Positions 12,452 through 24,858 of a DNA stretch of 64,000 nucleotides are shown one piece after another (within the stretch, counting starts at the first letter, position 1; every line of letters begins with the position of its first letter). The notes beneath the pieces were generated by a model, which saw only the letters and a program-made list of their open reading frames with translations, was not told the DNA's origin and made no database searches. Made by a program: the position numbers and the translations under genes. Source of the stretch: Leucoraja erinacea (taxonomy: Eukaryota); contig NC_073408.1 in assembly GCF_028641065.1 (NCBI RefSeq), positions 5,022,001 to 5,086,000 on the forward strand. Reading direction: 5' to 3'.

Positions 12452-14091
12452 AGCTGATTAAATTGGATGTGTTTAAACTGAGCATAATGGCTGCTTTTGG
12501 AATGTGTGGTGTACTTTGTAACTGTAAATTGCACCAAAGGTTTATCAAATTCATAACTGAAGTCATTTAATAACTGCTCGTTATACTTTGATAATACAAT
12601 TACTTGGCTGGGATTGAATGCCCGTGATAGCACGAGTACAGGCCATTCCTGGGTAATGAACATGTTGTGTCTTTGCAGACATCCATAAAGTAAAAAAAAT
12701 GCACAAAACTTGCTTTCACGGTACTCTAATGAACAGAAGCAGTGATCAGATAGATCACTAAGGGGAGGCAGAGGATACTAATTCTGTAGCTTCGATTTAA
12801 ATAATTGTGAGAGCTTGATCATATGAGTGTCCACAAATTGAGTTATGTAATTTGGGGAATGGCCAGTAAGCCTGAACAGCCTTGGCCCAACCTTGTGAAT
12901 AGATTTCCCTCAGTGCTGAAAGGACAAATTTCATCTTGCTAAATATAAATGTAGTCCATATTTCCATTTAATATTAAGCATGATCTACAGGCTCTCACTC
13001 CAGTGAAATAAATGTCTAATACAGATATAGCAATTGAGAATTCCATCCTTGCATGCGTTTGGGCAACTCAATAATTACAATTGTTTAGGCAATTTGCAAT
13101 TGGAGCCATTGGCATACAGCACAGAAATGGGCAGTTTGGTCCAATGCTTTTGCACAGATCTACACTAATCCATTTGCATGCATTAGGTCTGCATCCTTCA
13201 ATGCCTTGACTATCAAGTACCCACCTGAACATTCCTGAAATGGCATTTAATCACCACCAGTCCCAATATCGTTTCTCTCATTTTGAATATTTGCATTATT
13301 TTTGATAACCCCTACCATGGGTAAAACAATTCAACTATCCCTTCTATGCATCAATTTTCTCTTTCAGGTAACTCATAAGCCACCTTAATTCCGGGGAAGC
13401 AATCTCTCCCCATTAATAAAGGCCTCCAATCCAATGAAGACTGTGATGAATTTCCTTTCCATTCTTCTCTCGCACAAGCTCATCCTAAGTGATGAGAGCT
13501 GTGCACAACACTCCCCAACTGCACTCAAACCAATGTTTTGTACAGTTGCAACAAACCCCCAGTTTAATTTTCCATGCCCCACTCCACGATGGTAAGTTTT
13601 CAATATCTCATCCGCCTGTGTTGTGATGGACTTAAACCCCAAAATCTTGTTCAACATGTACTGCTCTACCATCGACTGCCTGTTGTGCCTCATTTGACTT
13701 CCTGTAATGTATATTGTTTAAGTTCAGCTCCCTTGTTGCAGTGTCTTAGCAGTTAAAATAAACATTGCCAGTTTACTGGCAGCTTGTTCAATAATTTAGG
13801 TTTGAAATTTATCCCAACAAACCATATTTAGAATCATTGCTCGTGCAGCAGTCTAATCCAACGGAGGATAAACGATTGTGCATTATCTTAGTGGGAAAAT
13901 GCTAAAAAGCCTAAAGGGCCACTGTTCACAATTTACCAAAAATCATTATCTAGCAGCCTATAAAACTATCACCATCATAGAGGAATGTAATTAATGGCGG
14001 TATCTAGAATAAATAATGCAGCTAACAGCTGCCATAGATACTGATCTAATAACCCGATGCAATATTTTTGCCTTTTATTTTTATATTATAA

Positions 14092-14720
14092 CTAGACCAA
14101 GTGCAGACCCGTTGGGTCTGTTCCCCCAGGGTGCGGTTGTGTGGGGGAGTCGGCATGCAGCGTCACACACACTAACTATCCCTTCCCCCCCGCACTAATT
14201 ACCCCCCTTGATATTATATTAATATTATTAATTTACTCNNNNNNNNNNNNNNNNNNNNNNNNNNNNNNNNNNNNNNNNNNNNNNNNNNNNNNNNNNNNNN
14301 NNNNNNNNNNNNNNNNNNNNNNNNNNNNNNNNNNNNNNNNNNNNNNNNNNNNNNNNNNNNNNNNNNNNNNNNNNNNNNNNNNNNNNNNNNNNNNNNNTTA
14401 GAACCAAAAAAGACACATTCTGCAAGCATTGTAGAACCAAGAGACACTTTTTGCAAACATTTTAGAACCATTAGACACTTTTTGCTAACATCACTTCCTG
14501 GTTTTATAGTCGGGGACAGCAGGGAGAATGGGGAATTTTGTAAAAACATTAATATCTCTTGTCATTTTTCATCGACGGGAAAAATCCTCAGCACGCGGAG
14601 GGGGGGGGGCTCCGAGCAAGGTGGCCAAAAATGACGGCCGTAGATGGCGGGGTTCTCGTGGAAATCGCAGCACAGATGGCCAAAACCGGTCAAGAACAGA
14701 CTTTTAGTAATATAGATAGA
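14092..14720 (-). mobile_element. non-autonomous Helitron spanning the assembly gap
   Basis: minus strand A|TCTAT...CAGACCC-AAC-GGGTCTG hairpin...CTAG|T: TC and CTAG termini, subterminal hairpin, AT target. Confidence 0.75.
14239..14397. other. assembly gap (159 N)
   Basis: run of n. Confidence 1.
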
Positions 14721-15139
14721 TTAACTCAGCTTACAAGCAGAGGCAACCCTATTAAGATTCTCAGTCTGAAGAAGGGTTTCAGCCCGAAACATTGCCTATT
14801 TCCTATGCTCCATAGATGCTGCCTCGCCCACTGAGTTTCTCTATCACTTTTGTCTACCTTCGATTTTCCAGTATCTGCAGTTCCTTCTTAAACAATTAAG
14901 ATGGACTGCTTTTAATAAGCAAAGGATTCCTACATTCTATATCGCAGCATAATTTGACTTACCCAGTAAGAAAGAAATTGAATTCAATAAGGCCTAAAAA
15001 TAACTTGGGATGCTCTGGGATATTTTAAAAATAGTTGCATTAGTAAAATAGACAAATAATCTTCCATTCTGCACAAGAAATAAGCTATGCACAGAGAGAC
15101 TGATTTCTAGTGAAGCACAAGTAACAACTCAAAACAAAT

Positions 15140-15203
15140 GACAAATGTATGTTATTTTTTATTTTTGTTTTCCAATATCCTCAATTTGAATCCATTCCAG
15201 AAC
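15140..15203 (-). other. RPS25: RPS25 non-coding last exon (3'UTR) with polyA signal
   Basis: minus strand tttttcag|gttctgg; AATAAA at 15163-15158; exon 4 has a donor 4 nt after the stop, as in vertebrate RPS25; 3' end approximate. Confidence 0.75.
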
Positions 15204-15573
15204 CTGAAAAAGTCAAAGAGCAATAATCAGATTCATATATAGGAGGAACTGTCGGCTTTAATTTTATTAAGGGTAATAATTGAGATTGTTCCACTAAATC
15301 TTAAGATAATAGCCAAGTTAATTTAACAGTATTCAATGAGAGCAACCAATAATAATATACAAAATACACACAAACTCTCACGCCAGCCACAATTCAAATA
15401 CAATGGCTGTATTTTTCCCTTGGTGTCACCTTCGTGCATTAATTTCAAATCCTTGAATATTAAGGGTTTCAAAAATTAAGAACATATTCATTGACAGAAC
15501 TCAGTTTTCCAGCTATTCATCTGTCCCAAACAGCCATCTCCTGGTTCTCGGCACTTCAGCACAGGGAAACTAA

Positions 15574-15917
15574 AGCCCCTGCCCCACTGTACGAGGTAAT
15601 TCAATAGTTTTCCTGATTCAAACTCGGAGAATGTCCGCAGCGGGTCCGTAAGAGTTCATGGATGTCTCGTAGCGGCTCGTACGAGTAAAAAGTAACAATA
15701 TTTTTCACCATGAGTATTTTTTTTACTCGTGGACATTTATCAGTGTTGAAAAAACATCACGAGTTTACTGGACTTCCCGAGTACCTACTGTTAGCATTAC
15801 GAGCCGCTACGGGACATCCACAAACTCCTACGGACCCGCTACGGACATTCTCCGAGTTCGAATCAGAGGTGAACTCGGGAGAACTCTTGAATTACCTTGT
15901 AAAGTGGGACAGGCCCT
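15574..15917. mobile_element. MITE with long imperfect TIRs (PIF/Harbinger-like) in RPS25 intron 4
   Basis: ~115-bp inverted arms; terminus AGGGCCTGTCCCACT; flanks TAA/AAA; same terminus at 60836-60850. Confidence 0.8.
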
Positions 15918-16404
15918 AAACTCTGTGCCAATGCAGTCAAATCCTACTAGGAGTTTACATTTTTCAATACGATCATTCTAAATATCTCATAGGTCAAACC
16001 ATGAACCCAGTAAACCGTTGCAGCAACTCCTCAATCAAATTCATATCCATCCTTATATAGGGAAATAACACCAGTAATACTCCCGCTGCAATCTCACCGG
16101 ACCTCTATATAATCAGACAGTCTTAATTGGACAAGCCCTTTTTAAATATTTACCCTTAGTTCTAGATTCTTCCACAGGATGAAACATAATGTCTGCTACC
16201 CAACCTGCATGTCAAATTGAATTTATATACAAGGACTCCCAGATCCCATTAAACATATGTGCCTTTCCTTTCAATGCAATAAGTGATTTTTGTTAGAGGT
16301 CCATCCAGACCCATAGGACATAGCTTTCACCAGCAGCAAACTCAAAACCCAAGAGATCTGCCTTTAGACTAAAGCAAAGGGTAGAGAACAGAAAAGGTAC
16401 CTGT

Positions 16405-16533
<129 letters not shown>

Positions 16534-17280
16534 TTATGAGATATACGAACCACTCAATTGTCACTAATCAAAGTCTCTAACTTCCTTGGTTTGAGATTGC
16601 ACCTCGGATCTTGAATCCTCTCAGAACTACAGAGAGGTGGAAGAAACCGATGCTTATCCCTCAGATACAAAACTAAAATTGGAGGTTGTACAATACTTTT
16701 CCAATGAGGAAAAGGGGAATCAAAGATGAACCCCAGAATCCACAACTGTCCATAAACTAAGCAGAGGTTTTCTCGGTCACGTGGATTACTAACAGCAGTA
16801 TATGATGGACAAAAATGGAGACACAAGATGCTATCTCAGTGCAGCTTGTTCACCGAGTACAAATTCCACCCTTTGTTGCCCCTGGGACCATCTACTGAAA
16901 ATCCCCGAAAATACCATGCAAAGCTTCAGGACCTGTGGCCCACTGGCACTGTTACTGGATGTGGATTTCTCACCAATGTATCCACCCCACAAACCTTTGG
17001 CATTCAATTGGCCAGGGTACACAGCAACGGTAAGGCCAAAAGGGAAGAGTGGATACAGAGATTACATATCACTGAAAGGGAATTTTAAATTTTGCATTCA
17101 CATTACGAACACTAATGGATGTACAAGTCACTATTCGCAAAAAAACTAGTTATTGATAATGCACGTCTCTTAAGTGCAATACATTGGCATGTCATTCTGC
17201 CCTCTACCCCCTCCCTCTGCATCATATCACAAACGTAGTCTTACACAAAAAGAGTGAGGGGTACAAGAGATGCAATTTAC

Positions 17281-17464
17281 CCTTTGAAAGGAGTTCTTGA
17301 AGGGCAGCCCTGGCCAGAGAACCTCGGATCTTTAGTCTTTCAGAGACGACCGCAGGTGTGATTAGTTTGTAGTTCGGTACCTCTTTCAAGAGTTTCTCAT
17401 AGGTGGCTTTGTCAAACAGGATCAAGTTGTTCAGCTTGTCTCTTACTTTTCCTTTTGACCACTT
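17281..17464 (-). CDS. RPS25: RPS25 exon 3 ([62 protein letters not shown])
   Basis: unmistakable eS25 core; 184 nt, cag|...g|gtaaat. Confidence 0.98.
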
Positions 17465-19298
17465 CTGCTCAATAAAACAATTGGTGTTAACAAGGTAAAA
17501 TAGTGCTGTTAACAAGTTTTCTATTTCAACTCAAGTATCAACAGAAAAGCCAGTACATATCTAAGGCAATATTGCCTCTACGGCATCCAGCTACTAGAGT
17601 TCACATTGATGCTTTCCATTATAACAGCAAATAGTTATCCTGCTGAACTGATGCAACAGTTCAACGGTTATTCGTTTATGTTGCCTGCCCTACCGAATAA
17701 TCCAACATTTTGTTTTTAGGACTGATTTAGCATTAAACAATAAAACTACCCATGGCTCTGCACTTTGCTAATATTCTGTAATTGACTGTTCAAGACTGTT
17801 GGAGAGCAGGCATCTACAACATTAGTGTATCCCCATCTACAGTTAACAGGAAGATGTGAGGGCCATTCAGAACCACACACCAGCTCTGCCATTCAATAAG
17901 ATCATGACAGATGTTTTTCTTCAACATCACTTTGCTATACTAATCCCACATCCCTTTATGGATCCCTGCCTTGAATATATCCATCTTCCATAGCTACCTT
18001 CTCAATTCTGGCCTGAATGGACCCTTTAACGTAGACATTCCAGGGAAGAGTAACAAAGTTCCTACATCTGCTCCATCAAGCACAGTGACATTGCACAGTT
18101 CAACAAACCCAGCCTAGTCAGTCTCTCATAACAGACACATTCCATGACATGGACTTCCTGGCAAATCTCCTCCAAGCTCCATCCAGTGCAATCACATCCT
18201 TTTAGAGTGTTGACCAAAAATTCACTCAACGAAGACCTAATCAGCTTACCTGCCTTATTGAGGACCTTACAAAAGTGCACAAAAATACCATACCCTTCCT
18301 GATCTGTTTGTCACAGCCTCAAAAACAAGATTTATCTAGCACGATTTCCATAATCCCAAATTGACCGTGACAATCTCACTATCCTGATCCAATGAATGGA
18401 TCCCAGCGTGCTCCCCACTGCTGAAGGTGGCGGTGAGTATTCAGCGGATATTGCAGAAGCTGTTTGTACAATACTGCACTTTTAATTGGAGATCTGAGAA
18501 TGATTGAATTAACAAAAGACTGATCGAACTCAAAACTCATTAAGAAGCTTCATTAAAAGAAGCATATTTTGTGGGGGAAAAAAGTCAATAAAACAGCAAG
18601 TAGCAGATCAATAAACCAACAAAAAGGTGTCAATCATTTTGATCATGATGATAATTATACAACCTGCTATTGAAATATACTCAACTTTGTTCGAATAAGC
18701 CACATAGCTAGCTAGCCTCCTTGCCAACACAATAAACCAAGATTCACCAAATGTACAACCACTTGCCACAAGTAATACATTTTCTGGGGAAGGGTCACTA
18801 ATTAAACCATTGGGATATTGCTTATATTGCTGATTCACATACAAACTTTAACATTAAAAAAAAGATCAACTCAAAACTGGGTCCGTTTTCTTGGTGTTGA
18901 TTTTTAAAATGCAATCTTCCAATCATTAGTGCTTAAATATCAGAAAATTAAGGACCAGCAAAACTTAACTTCCAATAATAAATGAAGATACTAAGCCAAA
19001 GTAAGCATCTGCAAAAAACCAGCAAGTAACTGTTCAAACACTGACAAAATGCTGTAGTAGCTCAGCAGGGGTCAGGCAGCATCTCTGGAGAAAATGGATA
19101 GGTGACATTTTGCACCAGGACCTACAGACTGACACACGAGCACATCAACTAGTGCAAGCAAAAAAAAAATGCAGAATGGAGTGTTCAAATAGATCCTTTC
19201 CACCACAAGCCGCATTTTATACTAGTTTCTTTATTTCAATCGATACCAATTCCTTTGCTGTACAGTGCAATGTAAAGCGAGATACATTTAAGGCACAC

Positions 19299-19394
19299 CT
19301 TCTTCTTGGCCTTGCCTCCAGTCTTGTTCACTGGATCTTTGTCCTTTTTGCCCCCTTTACTTCCATCTTTCTTCTTCTTGTCATCTTTAGGAGG
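19299..19394 (-). CDS. RPS25: RPS25 exon 2 ([32 protein letters not shown])
   Basis: eS25 N-terminus; tatag|...aag|gtgtg, 96 nt. Confidence 0.97.
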
Positions 19395-19715
19395 CTATAA
19401 ACAAAAACAGTTCTTTATTTTCATATACCTGTAATATTTTTAAAATCAGTGCTTCCAAACAGTTAACCTGGCCAGGTGGAAGTCCAACCAGTACAACAGC
19501 ATGCTGATCTGGGACACGACATCGGGTCTGCGACTTGAACATAGCTGGTTCATCAATCTCGGTGTTGAAAAAAATTAAAAAAAACGGATTGCAGGAGAGA
19601 AAGCCAAGCCTTCACCTCCTTGTGGGGATGGTTCCCACATTATTCGCCATAAAGGCTTGGACCTACTCTCTCTTCCCCCTCACAATCTGATCGAGTCCCA
19701 CTGTTGCTTCTTACA

Positions 19716-19952
19716 CATAGAAACATAGAAAATAGGTGCAGGAGTAGGCCATTCGGCCCTTCGAGCCTGCACCGCCATTCAATATGATCATGGCTGATCA
19801 TCCAACTCAGTATCCTGTACCTGCCTTCTCTTCATACCCCCTGATCCCTTTAGCCACAAGGGCCACATCTAACTCCCTCTTAAATATAGCCAATGAACTG
19901 GCCTCAACTACCTTCTGTGGCAGAGAGTTCCAGAGATTCAGCACTCTCTGTG
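19716..19952 (-). mobile_element. young CR1 LINE 3' end in RPS25 intron 1
   Basis: NLWNSLPQKVVEA...GY* and (TTTCTATG)n-type tail; near-identical to the copies at 22160-22412 and 23195-23430. Confidence 0.85.
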
Positions 19953-20271
19953 TGATGGGCACTAGAGAGATGATTAAGGCATTTTGTGCAACTCTCCCTG
20001 TGATAAAACACAAAGAACTGTAGTAACTCAGCGGGTCAAACAGCATCTCTGGAATAGATGACGTGTCGAGACCCTCCTTCTATCAGTGCGTGTGATAAAC
20101 CCGGGCCGGGCAGTAGGTCACTGGGTGCCGAGGCTGTAGGGAGCCCTGGTGGGCGGCTAGGCCCTGAAGCCTCGGCCTTGGCTGCAGTCCCGGCCCCGGA
20201 GACTTCATCCAGCCGGCGTTGCCGTGTCTGGCTGCCCAGCACAGGGCCGCCCCGTCCGGCGGGCCTGCCCA

Positions 20272-21512
20272 GCGCCCCCTCACCCCCCCAGAGCGCTCCG
20301 TCTCCCCCCCCGTCACCCCCCACACGGCGCTCCCTCTCCCCACACCCTCACCCCTGCACCGGCGCTCCCTCACCCTCCCCACACCCCCCCACCGGCGCTC
20401 CCCTCCTCCTCACCCTCTCCCCACCCCCCACACGGCGCTCCCCCTCTCCCTCTCCCTCTCCCTCCTCCCCCCACACGGCGCTCCCCTCACCCCCCACACG
20501 GCGCTCCCTCCCTCCCTCACCCCCACACGGCGCTCCCTCACCCCCCACACGGCGCTCCCCTCTCCCTCACCCCCCCACACGGCGCGCTCCCTCTCCCATG
20601 CTCACCCCCCACACGGCGCTCCCTCTCCCTCACCCCCCAGATGTCCGCGCCTCCCTCTCCCTCACCCCCCACACGGCGCTCCCTCACCCCCCACACGGCG
20701 CTCCCTCACCCTCTCCCTCACCCCCCCCCGGCGCGCTCCCTCTCCCTCTCTCCCTCACCCCCCACACGGGCGCTCCCTCTCCCTCACCCCCCCCCACACG
20801 GCGCTCCCTCACCCCCCACACGGCGCTCCCTCACCCTCTCCCTCACCCCCCACCACCGCTCCCTCACCCTCCCTCCCTCTCCCTCACACCCCGGCGCTCC
20901 ACACCCCCACACGGCGCTCCCTCTCCTCTCCCTCGCCCCCCACACGGCGCTCCCTCTCCCTCTCCCTCACCCCCCCCACACGGCGCTCCCTCACCCCCCA
21001 CACGGCGCTCCCTCTCCCTCTCCCTCACCCCCCCCACGGCGCTCCCTCTCCCTCACCCCCCACACGGCGCTCCCTCTCTCCCTCATCCCCCACACGGCGC
21101 TCCCTCACCCCCCCCACACGGCGCTCCCTCTCCCCCTCTCCCTCACCCCCCACACGGCGCTCCCTCTCCCTCACCCCCCACAAGGCGCTCCCTCACTCCC
21201 CACACCCCCCACACGGCGCTCCCTCACCCTCACACCTCACCCCCCACAGGCGCTCCCTCACTCCCACACACCCCCCACACGGCGCTCCCTCTCCCTCACC
21301 CCCCACAAGGCGTCCTCACTCCCCCACCCCCCCACACGGCGCTCCCTCACCCTCACCCTCACCCCCCACAAGGCGCTCCCTCATACCCCCCACACGGCGC
21401 TCCCTCTCCCTCACCCCCCCACACGGCGCTCCCTCACCCCCCCACACGGCGCTCCCTCTCACCCTCACCCTCTCCCCCCCACACCCCCCACACGGCGCTC
21501 CCTCTCCCTCAC
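20272..21512. repeat. C-rich (+)/G-rich (RPS25 sense) minisatellite, core CCCCACACGGCGCTCCCTC, variable ~19-35 bp units
   Basis: roughly 45 copies directly visible, abutting the RPS25 exon-1 donor. Confidence 0.97.
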
Positions 21513-21515
21513 CAT
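21513..21515 (-). CDS. RPS25: RPS25 exon 1 coding part (ATG only)
   Basis: GCAGC ATG|gtgagg on the minus strand, downstream of a TOP leader. Confidence 0.93.
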
Positions 21516-21602
21516 GCTGCCGCTTCAAGATGTCGGAGCGAAAGGAAGAGCCCGTGCGCCGTCAGCCCAGGAAACCCCAGCGCCCTCTCGGCCACTTCCG
21601 GT
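21516..21602 (-). promoter_or_regulatory. RPS25 5'TOP/TCT start site, 5'UTR and ETS/GABP site
   Basis: minus strand CTCTTCCTTTCGCTCCGACATCTTGAAG (polypyrimidine start near 21550); CCGGAAGTG at ~21602-21594; CpG-rich. Confidence 0.85.
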
Positions 21603-21827
21603 CCCCGGCGAGAAACGACGCCCCCCACTGGCCGTTGCCGGGGCAACGGGTTTGCTCGCGGATTAATTCCGAATAAATGCAGAAAAATTATAAACCAAAC
21701 CATCTCGTGGACCCGGCTCACATCACACGTTTGACAGCCAGCTCACCGGATAGTAGAACGCTTTTGATTTTGCCATGCAGGCGGCCGTTCGGCCCATAGC
21801 GCCCATACGCTATGGGCCGAACGGTTT

Positions 21828-22412
21828 TACAGGGTCTTGGTGAGACCACACCTGGAGTATTGCGTACAGTTTTGGTCTCCTAATCTGAGGAAAGACATTA
21901 TTGCCATAGAGGGAGTACAGAGATGGTTCACCAGACTGATTCCTGGGATGTCAGGACTGTCAAGAAAGACTGGATAGACTTGGTTTATACTCTCTAGAAT
22001 TTAGGAGATTGAGAGGGGATCTTATAGAAACTTACAAAATTCTTAGGGGTTGGACAGGCTAGATGCAGGAAGATTGTTCCCGATGTTGGGGAAGTCCAGG
22101 ACAAGGGGTCACAGCTTAAGGATAAGGGGGAAATCCTTTAAAACCGAGATGAGGAGAACTTTTTTCACAGAGAGTGGTGAATCTCTGGAACTTTCTGCCA
22201 CAGAGGGTAGTTGAGGCCAGTTCATTGGCTAGATTTAAGAGGGAGTTAGATGTGGCCCTTGTGGCCAAGGGGATCAGAGGGTATGGAGAGAAGGCAGGTA
22301 CGGGATACTGAGTTGGATGGTCAGCCATGATCATATTAAATGGCGGTGCAGGCTCGAAGGGCCGAATGGCCTACTCCTGCACCTAATTTCTATGTTTCTA
22401 TGTTTCTATGTT
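21828..22412 (+). mobile_element. CR1 LINE 3' fragment
   Basis: [26 protein letters not shown], LWNxLP motifs; (CTATGTTT)n tail. Confidence 0.88.
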
Positions 22413-23027
22413 TACTAGCCCGTGAAGATCGCCCAGCCCAAAGATTCTAGAGGAACCAGCATCTGCAGTTTCTTGTTTCTACTTCAGAATACTACAGTAC
22501 AGTTTATTCGCCAGTTATGACTAAACTTACTCACTATGTTGAGAAAGATTAGGAAGTTATCGTTGATCTCCTCGACTATATTTAAAAATAAAAAGTGTTC
22601 AGAATCCCTCTTGGAGTTGAGACCTGCTAAGAAGGAACTACAGTGAAGATAGGCACAAAAATGCTGGAGTTACTCAGCGGGACAGGCAGCATCTCTGGAG
22701 AGATGGAATAGGTGACTTTTAGGTCGAGACCCTTCTTCAGGCAGAGAGATATAGAAGGGTACACACAGAGCATGTAAGTTGTGAAAAGGATACATCAAAG
22801 TAAACTATGATCAATGAAATGCACCTCCAGTCCCCCCCCCCCCCCCAACTCTCAGTCTGAAGGGTCCCGACCTGAAACATCACCCGTTCCTCTTCATAGA
22901 TGGTGCCTGTCCCGCTGTTACTCCAGCAGAAGGTCATAAGGAATAGGAGTAGTATTAGACCATTCGGTCCATCAAGTCTACTCCACCATTCAATCATGGC
23001 TGATCTATCTCTCCCTCCTAACCCCAT

Positions 23028-23430
23028 TCAGGACTTTCATATGAAGAAAGACTGGATAGACTCGGTTTGTACTCGCTAGAATTTAGAAGAATGAGGGGGG
23101 ATCTTATAGAAACTTACAAAATTCTTAAGGGGTTGGACAGGGTAGATGCAGGAAGATTGTTCCCGATGTTGGTCACAGTGAGGAAAACATTTTTTACACA
23201 GAGAGTGGTGAATCTGTGGAATTCTCTGCCACAGAAGGTAGTTGAGGCCAGTTCATTGGCTATATTTAAGAAGGAGTTAGATGTGGCCCTTGTGGCTAAA
23301 AGGATCAGGGGGTATGGAGAGAAGGCAGGTACAGGATACTGAGTTGGATGATCAGCCATGATCATATTTAATGGCGGTGCAGGCTCGAAGGGCCGAATGG
23401 CCTACTCCTGCACCTATTTTCTATGTTTCT
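23028..23430 (+). mobile_element. CR1 LINE 3' fragment nested in an older repeat
   Basis: ORF 23067-23342 RMRGDLIETYKILKG...LWNSLPQKVVEA. Confidence 0.88.
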
Positions 23431-23868
23431 ATTCTCCTGCCTTCTTCCTGTAACCTCTGATACCTGTACTAATCAAGAATGTAATTTTTAATTTGATTGT
23501 CAGAATAGCATTCTACATTTACTAGATCACCATTTGCTTTAAGTCTGAAGAAGGAGTCTGAAGAAAGGTCTCGACCCCACCCGAAACGTCGCCTATTTCC
23601 TTCGCTCCATAGATGCTGCCTCACCCGCTGAGTTTCTCCAGCATTTTTGTCTACCTTCTGCTTTGATCTGTCGTTTTCACACCTTGCCCTTCCAGATCTC
23701 TAGTTTCCCTCTTGGTCCTTGGTTTCTTGGTCCTCCAAAATATTCCAAATGGAATTTAAACTGGAGGTGGTGGAGTCCCCTGACCCCCTGACTCTCAGTC
23801 TGAAGAAGGGTCTCGACCCAAAACGTCACCCATTCCTTCCCTCCAGAGATGCTGCCTGTCCCGCTGAA

Positions 23869-24390
23869 GGATCCTCCAGTGCTTCTACGCAGCGGCGGTG
23901 GAAAGCATCTTGTCCGGGAACATTACCATCTGGTTCGGGAATTGCTCTGCCAAGGACAAGAAGGCTCTGCAGAGAGTAGTGTGTTCGGCCGAACGCACTA
24001 TGGGAACTTCACTCACCCCCCTGCAGGAACTATACAACAGGAGGTGCAACTCCAGAGCAAACAAAATCATGAGAGACCTCTTCCACCCCTGCAACAGACT
24101 GTTCCAGCCGCTACGGTCAGGCAAACGCCTCCGTTGCCACGCAGTGAGAACGGAGAGGTTGAGAAGGAGTTTCTTCCCAGAGGCAATTCGGACTGTAAAC
24201 GCCTTTCTCACCAGGGACTAACTGTACAGAACGTTTTTCCTTCTATTATTTATTATGTAAAATAATATGTGTGTTATGATTGTGTTTATAATTTGTTTGG
24301 TTGTTTTGTTGTTCCGCGGGCATTGCCACTTTCATTTCACTGCACATCTCGTATGTGTATGTGACAAATAAACTTGACTTGACTTGACTT
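23869..24390 (+). mobile_element. Rex1/Babar-type LINE 3' end inserted into a Penelope-derived repeat
   Basis: ESIL..ITIWFGN...LQRVV..AER...HP...LF..L.SGKR...SFFPEAIR; (CTTGA)n tail; interrupts GCTGA|GTTACTCC. Confidence 0.8.
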
Positions 24391-24447
24391 GAGTTACTCC
24401 AGCATTTTGTGTCTGTATGTGAGTTAATCTAAGGATCTTTGGGTTAA

Positions 24448-24466
24448 ACTACATTTCCCAGACGGC
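24448..24466 (+). promoter_or_regulatory. ZNF143/SBS-like motif in the TRAPPC4 promoter
   Basis: ACTACATTTCCCAGACGGC, ~35-50 nt upstream of the TRAPPC4 ATG; matches ACTACAnnTCCCA. Confidence 0.75.
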
Positions 24467-24500
24467 CGTGAGGAGGCGGGGAGGGAGGGAGGGAGCGGCC

Positions 24501-24675
24501 ATGGTGGTGTTCAGTGTGTATGTGGTGAATAAAGCCGGCGGCTTGGTCTACCAGCATGACAATTACTCGCCCCGCACCGACGTGGAGAAGACCTTCAGCT
24601 ATCCCTTGGACCTGGTGCTGAAGGTGTACGACGAGCGGGTGGTGGTGTCTTTCGGCCAGAGGGACGGCATCAAAG
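24501..24675 (+). CDS. TRAPPC4: TRAPPC4 (synbindin/Trs23) exon 1 ([20 protein letters not shown]...GQRDGIK)
   Basis: Kozak gccATGg; 175 nt; aag|gtgag. Confidence 0.97.
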
Positions 24676-24858
24676 GTGAGGCCGGGCGGCGGAGCCTGGG
24701 CGGCGGCTCCTCAAACCAGGAAACGCCCCGGTCAGCCTGGGCCTAGCCTAACCTAGTCCTGAAATAGACACTAAACCATGGAGTAATCCAGCGGATCAGA
24801 CAGCACCTCCGGAGAGAAGGAATAGGTCTCGACCCAAAAAGTCAACTATTCCTTCCCT

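Noticed and set aside
18330-18480. Possible H/ACA snoRNA in RPS25 intron 2
   Set aside because: Some hairpin potential, but no convincing H box or ACA placement
20058-21734. Long Pro-rich ORFs (558, 485 and 480 aa) on the + strand
   Set aside because: All three frames are open only because the C-rich minisatellite lacks stops; they are antisense to RPS25 intron 1
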